Origin: Camelus ferus
Taxonomy: Eukaryota
Direction: 5' to 3'
Assembly (NCBI RefSeq): GCF_009834535.1
Contig: NC_045697.1
Location: 80,230,001 to 80,294,000, forward strand
Length of the DNA stretch: 64,000 nt
Each line of letters begins with the position of its first letter. The first letter of the stretch is position 1. Of this stretch, positions 10,885 through 25,199 are shown piece after piece. The position numbers and the translations under genes were made by a program. A model generated the notes under the pieces. It was given only the letters and a program-made list of their open reading frames with translations. It made no database searches and had not been told where the DNA came from.

Positions 10885-10977
<93 letters not shown>

Positions 10978-10993
10978 TTAAAAAAGAAGAAAA

Positions 10994-11128
10994 TACTGTA
11001 TAGCACAGGGAACTATATTCAAAATCTATGAAAACAAATAAACACATGCATATGTATGACTGAGATACTATGCTGTACACCAGAAACTGACACAACATTG
11101 TAGACTGACTTCAATAAAAAAGAATGCA
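10994..11128 (+). mobile_element. Very short 5'-truncated cetartiodactyl-type L1 3' end with A tail
   Basis: ctgtatagcacagggaactatattcaa...gctgtacaccagaaactgacacaacattgta...tcaataaaaa; probable TSD aaaaaagaa(g/a)aaaa (10980-10993 / 11129-11142) at a TT|AAAA site. Confidence 0.85.
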
Positions 11129-11959
11129 AAAAAAGAAAAAAACTAGTCATCAACAGATTTGTACTTGCGATCATATAGAATTTTTGTTTTCATTGTTTTA
11201 AAAATTATTATCAAAACAAAGTATATTAAAACATTATGAGACTTCATAATGGTCAATTTATATTAATCTAAACATTTCCATCTTTTCTATTTGTATCACT
11301 AGGTCCTGAGGACATAATTTTCTATATACCAGAGATATATTCAGACCTATCTCTTACAGAAAATGGTTTCTATGAAACTCTTCAATTCTCCAAATATTTA
11401 GTGAGGTCTGATAAAGTGTGTAGAGCCGTTTAGGAACATTTTCTGAACAAAAAAAGTGATGACACAGATCGTGGCTGTAGAGTATGAGTCTGCAGGCTGT
11501 ACTTCTCTGGAGGGGCTCATTTTTAAAACGCAATGAACATGCCTTTACAGGCTAGAGATGGTCTTCCAAAATACACACCACTTTCGGGCTGAGTGCATGA
11601 TTTTCTTTGTAGAGCACTCCAGTTTCCTTTATGTTCCATGTTTTTGCCAGTGAACTAAGAGTCAGGGTCTTGGCAATGACCTGGGAGGCAGCAGTGATCC
11701 CTTGGCCAACTGGGAAGGAGCTGCATCTGCCTGCCCTTAAGTGAAGACTTTCCCACATCTCAGCAACTGGATTTGGTTCCTCCAGGAAGTTCATTCACAC
11801 CATGGACTTCAAAGCTCTTGAAACACGGAAATGTAACTACCTTTGGGATTAATTTCTTTTCCAGGTCCAAAAGATTACTGCTTTGGGGCTAGAATTCCCT
11901 AACCAGTAAGTCTTTGGCTTAGGCTTTTTTTTACCCCTCACTTAAAAAATGTGTTTTTA

Positions 11960-12600
11960 AATTTTAAAGTCATATTATTTTGTAGTAAAATTTTAAAAAT
12001 ATGGAAATGTGCCAAATTTTTCCCTATCTCTTTACCCAATTCCACTCTCTGGAATAAAATAATTTTAATTTTATGTGTATCCTTTCAACTTTTTGTGTAT
12101 CTTTTAACATTTATACTTTTCCCTTTGTAAACAAAGAAATACTTTTCTCACTGAAGTGTGATCATGCAATAAATATGAATTATTAGGCTAATTGCGTTTT
12201 TCATTTTACATTAAATCATGGGCACCATTTCATGTGAGAAGCATTTTTTCCTATTTAAAATAAGTAATGTGTGCTGTACACACATACACACACATACATA
12301 CATTTGCATCTTTGAGAGTATTTATAGCAGATAAAAGTACAATTACTGGGTCAAAGAGTATCCACATTTAAAATTTTGTTGGGAAGACAAAGCAAAATGC
12401 CTTCCAAAATGGTTGTACCTCCAACAGTGTGAGAGTGCCAACAGGCCCACATCATTACTAATAATAGTCATTATCAATAAATGAAATTGCCTACTTAATT
12501 GGAAAAAAATTATCTCATGTTAGTATGAATTTGATTATTAGTGAAATAAACCATTTTCTTATGTATTTATCAACCATTCCTTCCTCCACTATGACCTGGC
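11960..12600 (-). mobile_element. Ancient L1 (L1ME-like) 3' region
   Basis: aattactgggtcaaagagtat...atttaaaattttg...ttccaaaatggttgtacc...caacagtgtgagagtg; heavily diverged. Confidence 0.6.
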
Positions 12601-12639
12601 TTGATTTTAAAAGAAAATTTTTGCTCTGGAGTTTTGTCT

Positions 12640-12870
12640 TATAATAATAGCTAACGTTTGCTGAGTGCTTACGTGCCATGCAGTGTACTAAGCATTATAT
12701 TAACTGATAAATTCTCATAATTTATGATGGGTTTTACCATTAGCCCAGTTTATTGATGAGAAAATGGAGGTACAGAGAGGTTAAGTAACTTGCCCAATTT
12801 CACACAGCCTTAGGTGGCACAGGTGGGCCATCCACTCCACAGCCCGTGCCCTCAGTCACTACACAGCACA
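12640..12870 (-). mobile_element. MIR SINE
   Basis: ataataatagctaacgtttgctgagtgcttac...gatgagaaaatggaggtacagagaggttaagtaacttgccca. Confidence 0.85.
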
Positions 12871-15224
12871 GCTTTTCCATAATTACACTGGCTGTATGTC
12901 TAGAAGTTTAGAAGGTATGAGTCATTTGGACAAGTATAGGGTGAAGGTATAAAGTTTGGTGTATGTACATTATAGAGTGTGAGATAAAATTACTCGAGTT
13001 TTTTGTTGTTCTTGTTTGCTTTTTTGTTGCAATAAGTTCTGAAACATCATCAAATGATAACATGCTCCAGAGACCACCAGTTATTATTCTCCTCTACATT
13101 CTCCTTTCCTAATGAAAATATGTGATACTAAAAACTGCAAATGTGTCCGAAAGCTTATGCAACTTTCCCTCCATCTCCATTGCATTCTGGATATTTATAA
13201 GTCCTTTAATGCTGAAGTTACTATTTTCAATTCTATTATTTTTACAGATAAAATGGACCTCTTAAAATGATCACTTAAAGCTTCATATGGGTTTATTATG
13301 AAATCCATGGCTACAAGTACATGTAATTTCATTTACTGGCACAGATAGGTTTTACTCTCAATTAGAACCTATAATAATGATGCAATCAACACAATGTGCT
13401 CTAGACAAATTATAATACAAAGTAATTAAATACTAGAGGGAAAGCACTTCCAACAAATCCATTATTGTCTCTATAATGGTGATAACAATTTTCTGGTATT
13501 TCTTTCCTTTGAATGTGACTAATGTAGATATGATATATATTCATATTTATCTTTGTTTTTGGCCACAGGTACCTAGAAAATCTTTACATACTACAAATAA
13601 AATTGTTAGTGTTTACCATTGATTAAAAAGCTTATTGTCAGTAATAAAATTGCTACTGCATATAGTTATCTCCTTAACTGCATTACGTATCCCATGAGAA
13701 ATGTCAGATTATAAATCACTGGGATCAGGACTTACATTGATTGTTGTTACCTTAGCACCTAACTCAGCAACTAAGACATAATGTTTGGTCAATTAACGAA
13801 TACTGAAGTAATGATTAAACGAATTAACCAAGTCAGAAAATCATGCTACCCATCTATTGTCAGTCTAGACTTTACATGTGCTTAAAAAGGAAAAAGAATC
13901 ACTAAAATTTAGCTACATATGATGATAGATTTTATTTCTTAAGAAGTTTATATCTGAAGAATATTAAAAAGTCAGGTGTAACTATTAAATTTAAGGGGTA
14001 TAGAGGTTTAGATTAGATAGTAAACTGTCTGACAGTACTCTCGCTCATTTTCTAGCATTCATTTTTCTCATTATTCAATAACATCCTTGTGCAAATGGAA
14101 CCACTTTATCATTTTTGCTGTATGTGTGATAAATGTCCAGAAAGGAAAAACATGGAGTCATAATAGAACACACTGCCTTAAAGAGAAACTATTGAATTTT
14201 CTAACTTTAACACATTTCTATACTCACATTACTGTTTAATGAAGCACAAAATTAAGCAGTAGTGATCACACATTTTTGAAAAATTTTAGTGTGCTTATGT
14301 GAAGTCTCATACAGCGTCACAAATTAAATCAGTACCGTGAATAAACTGTTAGATTAATTAAGAGTCTTTGTGAATAAACTGATTCTGCTATAATATGAGG
14401 CATATCAATTATATATTTGAAGCATTAATTATCATTTATGAACCTCAAGAACATTAGGGCTTAAAGGAAAAAGAGAAGCTAATTCTAGAAATACGAAAAG
14501 ATGAGACTCCACATATCAAAAAGATAAACATTTTTGTTGTTATTAATAGGAATGCTGGTTCATTCTGTGTTATCCAGCAAGAATGAATTATTCTTACTCC
14601 TAGTATACATATTTGTGAGTCATATCAGAAATGCGTGAAAGGAGTTTCATCTTGCATAAAACCCTTAGAAAATTTCAGGAGGATTACAGCCTCGACTATG
14701 ACACTAAGCAGCTGCTAGAGTCTAGGATGTCCAGACTGGACTTTGGAAGACAAAGTGGGCCACATTAACCAGGAACCAGCACTGACATAGAGATGAGGAC
14801 CAATGTCCCGGAAGGCGGGGCAAAACCCAGGAACCTCAGGCTGTAGGCACATTGGTAAACAGGAAGCCAGACCAGGGCCCAGCTAACTTACAATGAGGAG
14901 GCAATCTAGCCAAGGCAGGGCCAGGAATGTCTCCAAGTAAAAGGACTAATTTCCCCTGGAACTCTAAGTATAAAGCTGAATAACAAATTCAGTGAGCAGA
15001 AGCCACCAGACCTGAAATTTAAGGCTCTAGACAGAGACAGCAGGAGTCATGGAACAAAGAATCACCATGGTCAGATTTGTTGTTTGTTTTTACAAAAACA
15101 TTTCATTAGCTGTTTTGCATTTAGGTGACTGGTGTGTGGTCTAGTGATCTCCAGGGCAGAGGCTGTGATGGTGATGTATTCGTCCGGGTTACCTGCACGG
15201 TGCCCAGCACACTGCCTTCCATAT

Positions 15225-15410
15225 CAGTGAACAATAACAGCAAACATCCATTGGTTGCTCCCCACGTGCCAAGCCCAAGCACTGTTCTAAGTCTCTACAG
15301 GCTATAACAGAACCACCCCATGATTTAAGATGCCAGTGCTATCTCCTTTTTACAGATGACGAAACTAAAGTAGGGGAGGTTAAGGACTTTTCCCAAGAGC
15401 ACAAAACACA
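15225..15410 (-). mobile_element. MIR SINE
   Basis: gtgccaagcccaagcactgttctaag...cctttttacagatgacgaaactaaag...gaggttaag. Confidence 0.75.
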
Positions 15411-15644
15411 AGAAAGAAAACGAGTTTGTTTACTCTCATTGTGCTGCCCTAACAGTTGTCCCTTGGACCCAATCTGGAGAGCAAGAGAAGGGCAGGTCAA
15501 GCATCTCTGGAGAGCCCAAAGGATTCTGCGGGAAGACTGGGAAGAAAAGTGACATAAAGGCATTCCTACTTACATTCCCTTTAATTCCCTGATTAAAGTC
15601 AGTTCAACTGCTGGTGAGAACTGCTCAGAGTGAAGCAAATCAGC

Positions 15645-15838
15645 GTTCATTAACTGAAGTGTTACTGGTTTTTTTTTGTCCAGACAATCCTTCACCATGT
15701 GGGACGGTCTCTTGAATGGCAAAATTATTAGCACCAAGACACACTAGGTTCCAGGGGCACTACCCTGACAGTGTGCCAATTCCATTATTTGCAGTCACCC
15801 CAAGATTGCCCTAGGCACCCCAGTTGAGAACTACTGAG
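15645..15838. mobile_element. MER20-like hAT DNA transposon remnant
   Basis: ccagacaatccttcaccatgtgggacggtc...attgccc...ccccagttgagaactactg terminus. Confidence 0.55.
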
Positions 15839-16119
15839 CTAAGGGGACAAAGTCTATGGAGATATAATTGAAAAGCTAGCACCACCTTCTAACATACATA
15901 GTCAACCAGGGGTGCAAGGGTCCTTTGGGCAGACATCTATGATGGAACATTGTATCTTCAGTACCTTACAGAGGGCCTGGCATATAAAAGAGGCTTGCTA
16001 AATCTTTGCTGAATCAATAAATGATTAAATGGGTGGATGAAACCGTAAGTATCAGTCCACAATTTTATTGTTTAACAGGTATTTAAGCTAGAATCTGAGG
16101 GTGAAGAGGCCTGTCTTTC

Positions 16120-16850
16120 GTATTATTTATCTACCAACCTCTAAACAAATCCTGCTGATTTTATCCCCAACATGGATCTTGAATCAAGACTTCTCTTCAT
16201 CTCCACTACAATGTCACCAGCCCAGGTCATCGCTGTCAGACCTGCACTACTGCAGTAGCCTCCTAATTGGCACCATTTCCTTGCTTGTCCCTCTGCCATC
16301 AATTCTTCAGAGAGCAGCTTTAAATGTACATCAAATTTTGTCTCAGGCTTAAATGAAGCCCTGAAATAACTGTCCATTGCTTTCCCAAGCAAAATCCTGA
16401 CATGACCTGCCTGTCTTCTGACCCTCCCCGGAGCCCCTCTCCATCCTGTTCCAAGCACAGTGGCCTTGCTCCGGTTACTCAAGAGCACCAAACTCCTTCC
16501 CATCCCTGGGCCTTGTCACATGCTTGTCTCTCTTCCAGAACAATCCCAGTCTGTCTACATTTACTACCTGGTGAGAAAATCCCTCCTATTCTTCAAAATT
16601 TGGCTTAAGTTTTATATTCTCAGACCTCTACTCATTTAAGTTATCTCACCCCTTTAGAATCTTGTGTCATTCTTCATAACACTATCATCATTATAATTAT
16701 GTGTCTGTGTCCTCATTTATTTAATGTTTGTCTCTCTACTAGTACTGTTGCTCTGAGAGGGTAAAATCTGTTCCTGCTTTTCCACTATAAAATAACAAGT
16801 GTTGACTCATAGTGCCTGTGACAAGCTCATTAAATGCTTGTTCAGTGAGT
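16120..16850 (+). mobile_element. LINE-2 3' region
   Basis: aaatcctgctgattttatcccc...cctgcactactgcagtagcctcctaattgg...atagtgcctg...cattaaatgcttgtt. Confidence 0.8.
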
Positions 16851-18488
16851 GACCCCAGGGTTTTATATTTCACAGAGAGCCAGATGTGTGGGATGATCAC
16901 ATATCAATGCCATAATGGTGATATTCCTGACATCGTATCACCTACCATTACATTTTATAAGAACACAGGGATCTTGCAGGCAGTCTTTCCCTAGAAATCA
17001 TGTATTTCAGTTTTGGATCTTATAGTATCTTTCCAACAAGACAGAGCTTGTCTATGAACTAATCATGTCTGATCACAAATGCAGGAAGTATTTGTTGAAT
17101 TCATTATTGAGGTACGTACTTGGATGAGAGGTTGAGAAAGGAATAAAAGCACAGTGTTTTATGATTCTAGGAAGATAATGTTTATATTTCACTTTTTGAA
17201 GAACTGAACCCATACACCTGTTTTACTATAACTGAATACAGAGACCGAGAACATCTACATGTTCAACTTCTACTTGACATTATGTCTTTCTCATATGTTT
17301 AGAAACTTTCAAAGTTCTCGGTGAATGATGAGTTTTAAGATGAGTCACGTGGTGTAACCATGACATGAGCAGAATCAGCTATGACAGCCAGTTCTGATAA
17401 AGTGGCCATGGTGGGCATGGGAGTGGCTGATGTGAATTGGGGATGCAGGGATTCAAAACACAATTCTGGTCCATTGTTAACATCATTGCTAGTATCTTTT
17501 TTAGCTAAGATTAATTTATTATGTAAGTTATTTTCTAACTAAATACCTAGTTACAATGCTGAGGTGGTAGATTATCTGAGGTTGTCCAGAAATGATTTTC
17601 TGAATATATACTGTATGATGGAAATCAAAAAAAGCTGAGAGTTGTCTTTAATAGAAGGTCCAAAGAGTTTCTTATGGATTCTGATGTAGACAGATTTGCT
17701 GAGTCATACAATCACAATAATAAAACTGAGACAGGCCACTGGAACTGTCCCATTCAAAACCTGAGTCAAACCAGGAGGAAAGGCACCACACTGGGAGAGG
17801 CACAGTGTGGAATATGAGAAGCAGGACAGTGTATTCATGGGCACTGTCCAACCTGTGGTATTAAGCAGAGTGGGGAAGTGGAGTGGGGCCACAGGGTCCT
17901 AAATCCTTCAAAGGAGCACTTACTTTATTGTTGTTTTTCTGTCTAATCTCTGATTGCTGAATCCATCCTCTCAATAATGTTCTGGATTTCACCTTCTCTC
18001 ATTTTACTTTATTCATGATCCCTTATATATCCCTTCTCAACTCTAAAACTCCTGCCACGTCTATTTTGCAATTTTCCCTTCTCAATCCACCTATCTTTCA
18101 CAAGTGCAGGTGAAAAATCTGAATCACTATTGAAAGTTCAGATGCTTAAAACTGTTTTTCCTACTCAATGACCATGAAAAAGCATGAATGAAATCAGCAC
18201 TGCTAACCATAATTAAGGGCACATGGAATAAAGCAAAAGCAGAAACGGGATAGGTTACTTTTGTTCTGTTAATATCACAGGCCTCCTCAGGTCTCAGCAA
18301 TGGCTGAACAAATCATCAGCCATTAAACTTATTATTTAATACTTATCTGTGTGTGGCTTAACAAGATGCCTTGATCTAAGACTGATTAAATGCTCAGCTA
18401 GTGTTTTGCCAAGATGTGCATATTAAAATGAATGCTTCCTAAAGGCAAGGAATAGATTGCAATGTTATGCATTAAAAAAAAGTTTGAT

Positions 18489-19264
18489 ACAAATTTAAAT
18501 CACAATGATACCAACTCACACTCATTAGGATGGCCACTGCAAGAAAAACCAGAAAATAACAAGTGTTGGTGAGGATGTACAGAAACTGGAACACTTATGA
18601 ATATTGGTGGGAACAGTGCACTACTGCTGTAAAATGGTCCACCTGCTGTGGAAAATAATATGACAGTTCCAAAAAAAAAAAAAAAAACCCTTCAAACAGA
18701 ATTACCATATGATCCACCAATTCCACTTCTGGATACGTACCCAAAAGAATTAAAAGAAAGGTATCAAAAAGATATTAAAAAGATACACCAAATTCATAGC
18801 AGCATTATTCACAATAATTAAAACTTGGAAGCAACCCAAGTGTTCATTGGCTGATGATGGGTAAGCAAAATGCAGTGTATGAAAACAATGAAATTCTATT
18901 AAGTCTTAAAAAGGAAGTAAATTCTGACATACGCTACAACAAGGATGAACTCTGAGGACATTATGCTAAGTGAAACAAGCCAGTCACAAAAGACAAATAC
19001 TGTATAACTTCACTTATATGAGGTACTTAAAATAGTCAAAATCAGAGAGAAAGTAGAATGGTGGTTGCCAGGGGAAGTTATTGTTTAATGGTTGCAGAGT
19101 TTCAGTTCTGCAAGATGAAAAGAGTTCTGTAGATGGATGGTGATGATGACTGAACAACAGTGTGAATGTGCTTAATGCCACTTAACTGTACACATAAAAA
19201 TGGTTAAGCAAATTTTAACGTTATGTATATTTTACAATAAAACATTTTTTAATCAGAAAAAAAT
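18489..19264 (+). mobile_element. L1 (L1MB-like) 3' end, 5'-truncated
   Basis: ORF2 C-terminus and 3' UTR (cagagtttcagttctgcaagatgaaaagagttctg); probable TSD aaaa(a/t)gtttgat at 18477-18488 / 19265-19276. Confidence 0.9.
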
Positions 19265-22200
19265 AAAATGTTTGATGATAATAATGATGACATTGAAAAA
19301 GAATATAATCTAATGAAGACTAAATAATGCCATTTCCTATTCCTTTGTGGATTCCAGAGGGATTTGGAAAATTGTCCAGACCATTATTTTGAATGCTAAC
19401 AAACAATTCTACATTAGCTAGTTGTTATTACTGCTAATTTGTTCACTTTTATTTTTCACTTTTAGGCAGCCTGGTCAAATAGAGAAGGAAGCGGCCTCAA
19501 CATAACATCAACTGGTTTGTTACTAGCCAACTGTACGAGGTCATGTCAGGTCAAAATTCTTCTGTGCTGTACTTTGCCTATTCATAAATTGCAAAGGGAA
19601 AGGACAGCATTCCTCCTTATTCTGAGCCACCAGATAAGGGTTGTGCAATTTGTGTTCTACACAAAGGCACAAGCCAAGAGGGTAAGGGAGGGCTGTAATC
19701 CAGCTCTATTCCACCCTCTCCCAGCACAGTGCTCACACAGGAGCATTTTCTAATGGCACAGAAATACTAAGAGGCTAACAGTAGCTCTGTCCCTATTTGA
19801 CAAAGTTCCATGAGTAATTTAGTTCACATTACCCCTGCTCACCAAGATATGACCACCAGGACCCCAGAACCCCTTTGGGATACCCAAGGACACTCAGTGA
19901 GGCAGCTGAAGTGTTCTCCTCCTGGGAATATCAAGTTTGACCTGTAGTGTCTGTGAGGTGTGAGCCATTTAAAAAATCCTTCATAAGTCCTAATGGAAAT
20001 CTTAAAATTGAATATAAGGCAGTGCAAGCTGTGTTTGGAGATCAGCAGAACTGTTTGCCTCTCTCACGTCTTATCATAGAACATATCGTTTTTCACTTGG
20101 GGTTGGTCTAAGGGGCAGATTATCATTTCAGCAGCTGATGACTTGCAGCTACATAGCTTTGCACCAGGCCTACTCTGAGCTCACTGAAATCCTGCTTGGC
20201 ACATGCACATACTTTCTGAGGATGGATGAACTGATATAATAATTCACTCAACTCTCCAGAAGAAAAAGTTACAATTGACATCACAGTGCCTATGCCTATA
20301 GAAAAAAGAAAAAAAAAATTTGAAAAACTGATAATCTATCAGGTAGACTGTGGTGAGTGCCTTGTTGAGACATTAGGCTCCTCTGCCAAGCATGGGCTCT
20401 GGTCCCTCAGATTTCCATCCAGTCCCTAGAGCTGAAGCTGGACCCACACCCAAATGTGTAAGACACTCCTGGAGGTGAGAGATCTGGCTGAAGAGAGTTG
20501 GGTACAGCCTGGACCCACAGTTTGGCAACAATAATCTTCAGCAGAAGATACTGAGATGTGAGATCAAAGGAGAAATATCTTTCAACACTCAGGTAATTGA
20601 CAATATAAATTTTAAAATTCCATTCTTGTAATTACTACTTAATTTTCTGTTTCATCTAGTCGAGCTAACTGCTTACCCTAGCCACATTTTTAAAATAAGT
20701 TAGTTTTTACATATTCTCTGCAAGTTTTTTTAAAAATAGTGAAGTCACTAATAGTGATCTTTATTTGATGACCTCAATATTTTTAGTAATTTCTTATAAT
20801 TATGTATATTGTATTTGTTTTGTATATATCTCATATATATACGTAAAATCTCACTTATAAAATGTAGTTTCTAATTTTAAGTAGTGAAAGAAAAATTTCT
20901 AACATATATCATACATCTCAACAATGTGCATTAAAAAAACCCCAAAACAGAAAAAAAGCACTTACCATTTATAGATTTACATATACTGCAGATATTCTAA
21001 AGAATCACAAAAGAATATTTACAAAATATGTTTTTAAAAGAGTAGGAAAGTCCACCTAATCAGAAACAATTTGAGTACTACAGAGAAATTATCTGTTAAC
21101 TGCAAAACTGGAGCCAGTAAATCAGAAGTACTGCTATAGAAAAGATAAAGTCCTGACACCTGTACTACCTCTTGTCTTTCACTAGACTAAGTTTCAAGCA
21201 ATGGACATGATTATTTTAAATTTATATGCATATTAAAATCATTGCCATTTAAAAAATTTCTTGTATTACCACAATTTTTGCTCATATTTTGTTATTATTT
21301 GTGCCTGGGCAATCCTCAGAGAAAAATTATACTAACTCTTTGAGAAAATTTACCATTTAGCCCTCTGATGAATGTTACTAACTGATCATCATCACCTTAT
21401 AAATTACATATCATTAATCTTTTTATATATACTGAAATAGTCCAGGACTCCGGCTGAGGTTATGCTGAATCTTCCTGTGAATTCCTGTTTTCATTGTTAA
21501 TGCCAAGGCAACTGCCTTTGACTGAAAATATCACTGAAGCTAAGTTTTGTTTCACAAGTTAATTGGGCTGAAACAGTTTATGTATCTCAGTAATTCATCT
21601 AAAAATTGGCTTTAGTCTCCAGAAGAATGAGCCTACATTTAGCTACAAAATGTTTGGATCATCTTATAAAAGCAGCAAAGCCACTGTAAATGATGGGCAA
21701 ATTTGCACTCCCAAACTGACATTCTAACATATTTCTGACCAACAATATTCCAGAAAAAATCCTGGAATAGAGGAGGTGACAGATGAGTAAACCTAGTGAT
21801 TCAATGATACTTCCCTCTAAGACGAAGTTCTGAAACACGGGTTTACCAAGATGACAGATATCAGTCTGGAATATTCAGAAGAACAACAGACTCTCTGCTG
21901 GAGAGGACACACTGTTATTGTTGATCCCTGCAGGTGTGTAGTTTACCGAGGAAGGGCTCCAGCTTATGTGGCTGCCAGTTATTAAATGGTCCTTGTTGTG
22001 AGAATTCTGGGGATAACAGGAGTTTCCTCACTAAGTTCTCCAATTAGAGACACATTTCTCCCCACAGTTTTCTTACTGATAGTACAAATGCCTTTATGAG
22101 AAATTAAGCTTGTCACCTATACATCAGTACCATTTACATGCTAATTCTACAAATATGACCGAACTGTATTCCTTATATGTACGAGGCTTGCCCGTATCAA

Positions 22201-25199
22201 CAGACAGGGATATAAAAAATTGAGTTGTAAGTTCTGTCATCAAGCGTTTGGTCTACTGGAAAAAGCAGCAGCATAAATCAGAATTTAAAAGTAATATTTT
22301 TCTGTGGAACATAGTTTAAATCATAGGTCTGTTTATAAATCCGTAAGACTTGGCAAATCCTAGTAACTAGAAAATCTTCTCATTACAGAAGAAATATCTG
22401 CACCTATAAGTAAAACAGTTGCACCTAACATTCATCTTTTTGGCATGAAAAAAGGAAGAAAATTAGCATGAATGTGGATTCTGTAAGAGTTCACTGATAA
22501 ATAAGCAGTAAGTACCATCCACACTGGATCATTACATCAGTCGATGCCCAATATTACTGCCAATGTATTATCCTTATTATTGGACAACAGATTTCTAAGT
22601 TTGTATTTGCATTTTTAGTTGGGTCTCTGCCGTATGATCGAATGATTTATTGCACATGTGCATGCATACACTTGCATGCACACCTACTTACTCCGTAAGT
22701 GTGAAAAAACATAACTCCATTTGCTCTGGTAATTTTATCTAATTCCTTCCCCCTGGCTCTATAATGTTCGATGCATTACAAAATAAAAAGTAAGCATCAT
22801 AGTAAAGCTATAGTAATTCAGATTAATTGGCTGATCTGAATAGCCATATTTCTGAATTATGGAACATTTTTCTAAGGAAGTGAAATTATATTTCTTTTAA
22901 ATAAAAGGTAATAAAGACTTCTTTGCATCTTTTGCAAATTAAGAGGCTCTGTCAGAACTCCACCAAGAAATAGCTAAGAATATAACATCAGCATGCTACA
23001 GGCAAATTACTGTGTTAAGTACTTACTTGAAACCTCATTTATACTCTTTCTCAGCATACTGTTCATCTAGAACAAAAAAACAGCCTAGGCCCAGATCATT
23101 TAAATTACTGTTAATTTAAAAAATTAATGGTTTATTTATGTATTCGTGTGTTACTTATACTACCTTCCAAAAGGGATATGGAACAATTTATTATCTGTCA
23201 AACTATCTAAATTAGCAAATTTTCTCACCTGAACTTTAAGTGCATGTATCAATGTTTCTTATTGAAGCTATCATACAAAAGGAATAACAAATATGTACTT
23301 AACTGCTACCTACAAAAATCTATGCAATCTGAGATTGCCCTCATTTTTCATCACAACAGCTCAATAAGAGGAAATATGCTTAAATTTAATAATTAATTGT
23401 TCATTGAATCAAAAGTATTTATTTGTTGTTTATTATGTGCAAGCCACTGTGTTAAGTGCTTAATTTACTGATTTAATCATTTGGTTTAATAGGATTTTAA
23501 AAAAATCAACAGTTAGGTTCTCAGGAATATATGGCTTAATTTAATTAATTACTGCAGAACTACAAACTCCTAATTCACAGTTGTTGTAGTTTCATCACTA
23601 TTCAACAGTAAGACAACATGATTTTTAGATGTGGATTTAAAGCTAAAATATATTCTTTCATGCATATTAATTAAACACAATATTTGTAGGAATTATTATT
23701 GATAGCAATTCATCCCTGGAGTATACATGGTAAGTTAGTACAATGCTGATCAGACTTAGCATGATGCCAAAAGTAAAACATGCTTAGATGCTCTGGACCT
23801 GGGTGTTTCAAGGCTAATGTGTGGGTTTTCTTTCACTAAGAGTGTTCTTTTACTTTGTCTCTGACAGAAGCCTCACTTCTGGTCCTCTTGTATGTTCTTC
23901 CCCTCTCTTGCCTCCTGCCCCTGAATCACTTTGTAGGACCCTAGGAAGGATACCTAGGAGGTCTCAGTGTCTTGCCACATCTCCAGCTCTAAGATGGTGG
24001 GTTGCTAGATGGATAGGCTAATGGATGGTGCTGCTGTGCAGATCTCTAATGTCAGAGAAGGAAAGATGACGCCCTAGGAGGCACTTCCTGGGATCAGAGG
24101 CAGCAGGGGTGGTAGCAGACTTTCATTTTAGTTGATCACCTGGAGGCTGTTTATTTAACTACATTATTCAAGCCTAGAGTGTACCTATATTCAACTCTTT
24201 ACCATATAAAGAACAAATGCCAACAAGCAAATTCAGCATAGTACCATGAATCTCCTAGATATACTCAATAACAAGATTTGTTATCTGCTTAACAAATTAT
24301 AACATTAGCAGTCCTTGGAAAGAGGGGCGGGAAGAAATGAGTGAAAAATACTGCAGATTGTGACTGTGTAAAAGTTAGCTAGCTTTAGAATTTAAAATTT
24401 CCTTAGGGAATCTATGAAACAGAGACTCCTGTTTCTCTAGCAGGTAACTTAAGATGTCTCTTAGCAGACAACTAAACTACTTTTAAACTCCCATTTGTAT
24501 CTATTAAGTATTTACTTTTCCATTTATAAACTGTCTCCTATATTAATTCTTTGTACTAAAGCTACTTGAATGCCTTGGTACCCAAACTGAAGTAGATGAG
24601 CATCAAATGGGGAAAGACTTTCACACATACATAAATTTATCACCATCTTTTTAAGAAAAATCTCTCTTTTTTCCCCGATTCTTTGAATTTGAAACATTCC
24701 ATTTGCTTACTCTGGATTCTTTATCTGTGCCCTTTACTCTTGCTACTGTCCTTGATTCTTTGACCTAAAGTATACTATGCTTAGATCATTTATTAGGTAA
24801 AAATGGTGCTATTAGATTTACAAAAGGAATTTTGGGTGACTGTTACATTTTTTCCGCTAGGAATTTGCATTTTATGATGCTTGAAAGCTGCAGAATCACT
24901 AAACTTAGAAGCGTTTGAATTAAGTTAAGAAATTCTAAGCTATATAAGAGGAGCTATTTAATTAGCCTCATCTCTAATAGCAAAAGCATAGAAACAACCT
25001 ACATGACCATCTTTGCATGAGTAGGTTAATAATTATGATTCAACAGTATGATGAGATATTACACTAAACCTAAAACTATAATAATGAGGATGATGTACAA
25101 ACAGGAAAATATGTTTATAGTGTAAGAGAGAGTATTAGAGCACAAAATAATTCAGTGCATGCATATCATTGCAAAAATGTAGGTACACTGGAGTTTGCT

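Noticed and set aside
22650..22685. Two TGCATG motifs in an alternating purine-pyrimidine patch
   Set aside because: More than 11 kb from any exon and embedded in CA/TG-like low-complexity sequence.
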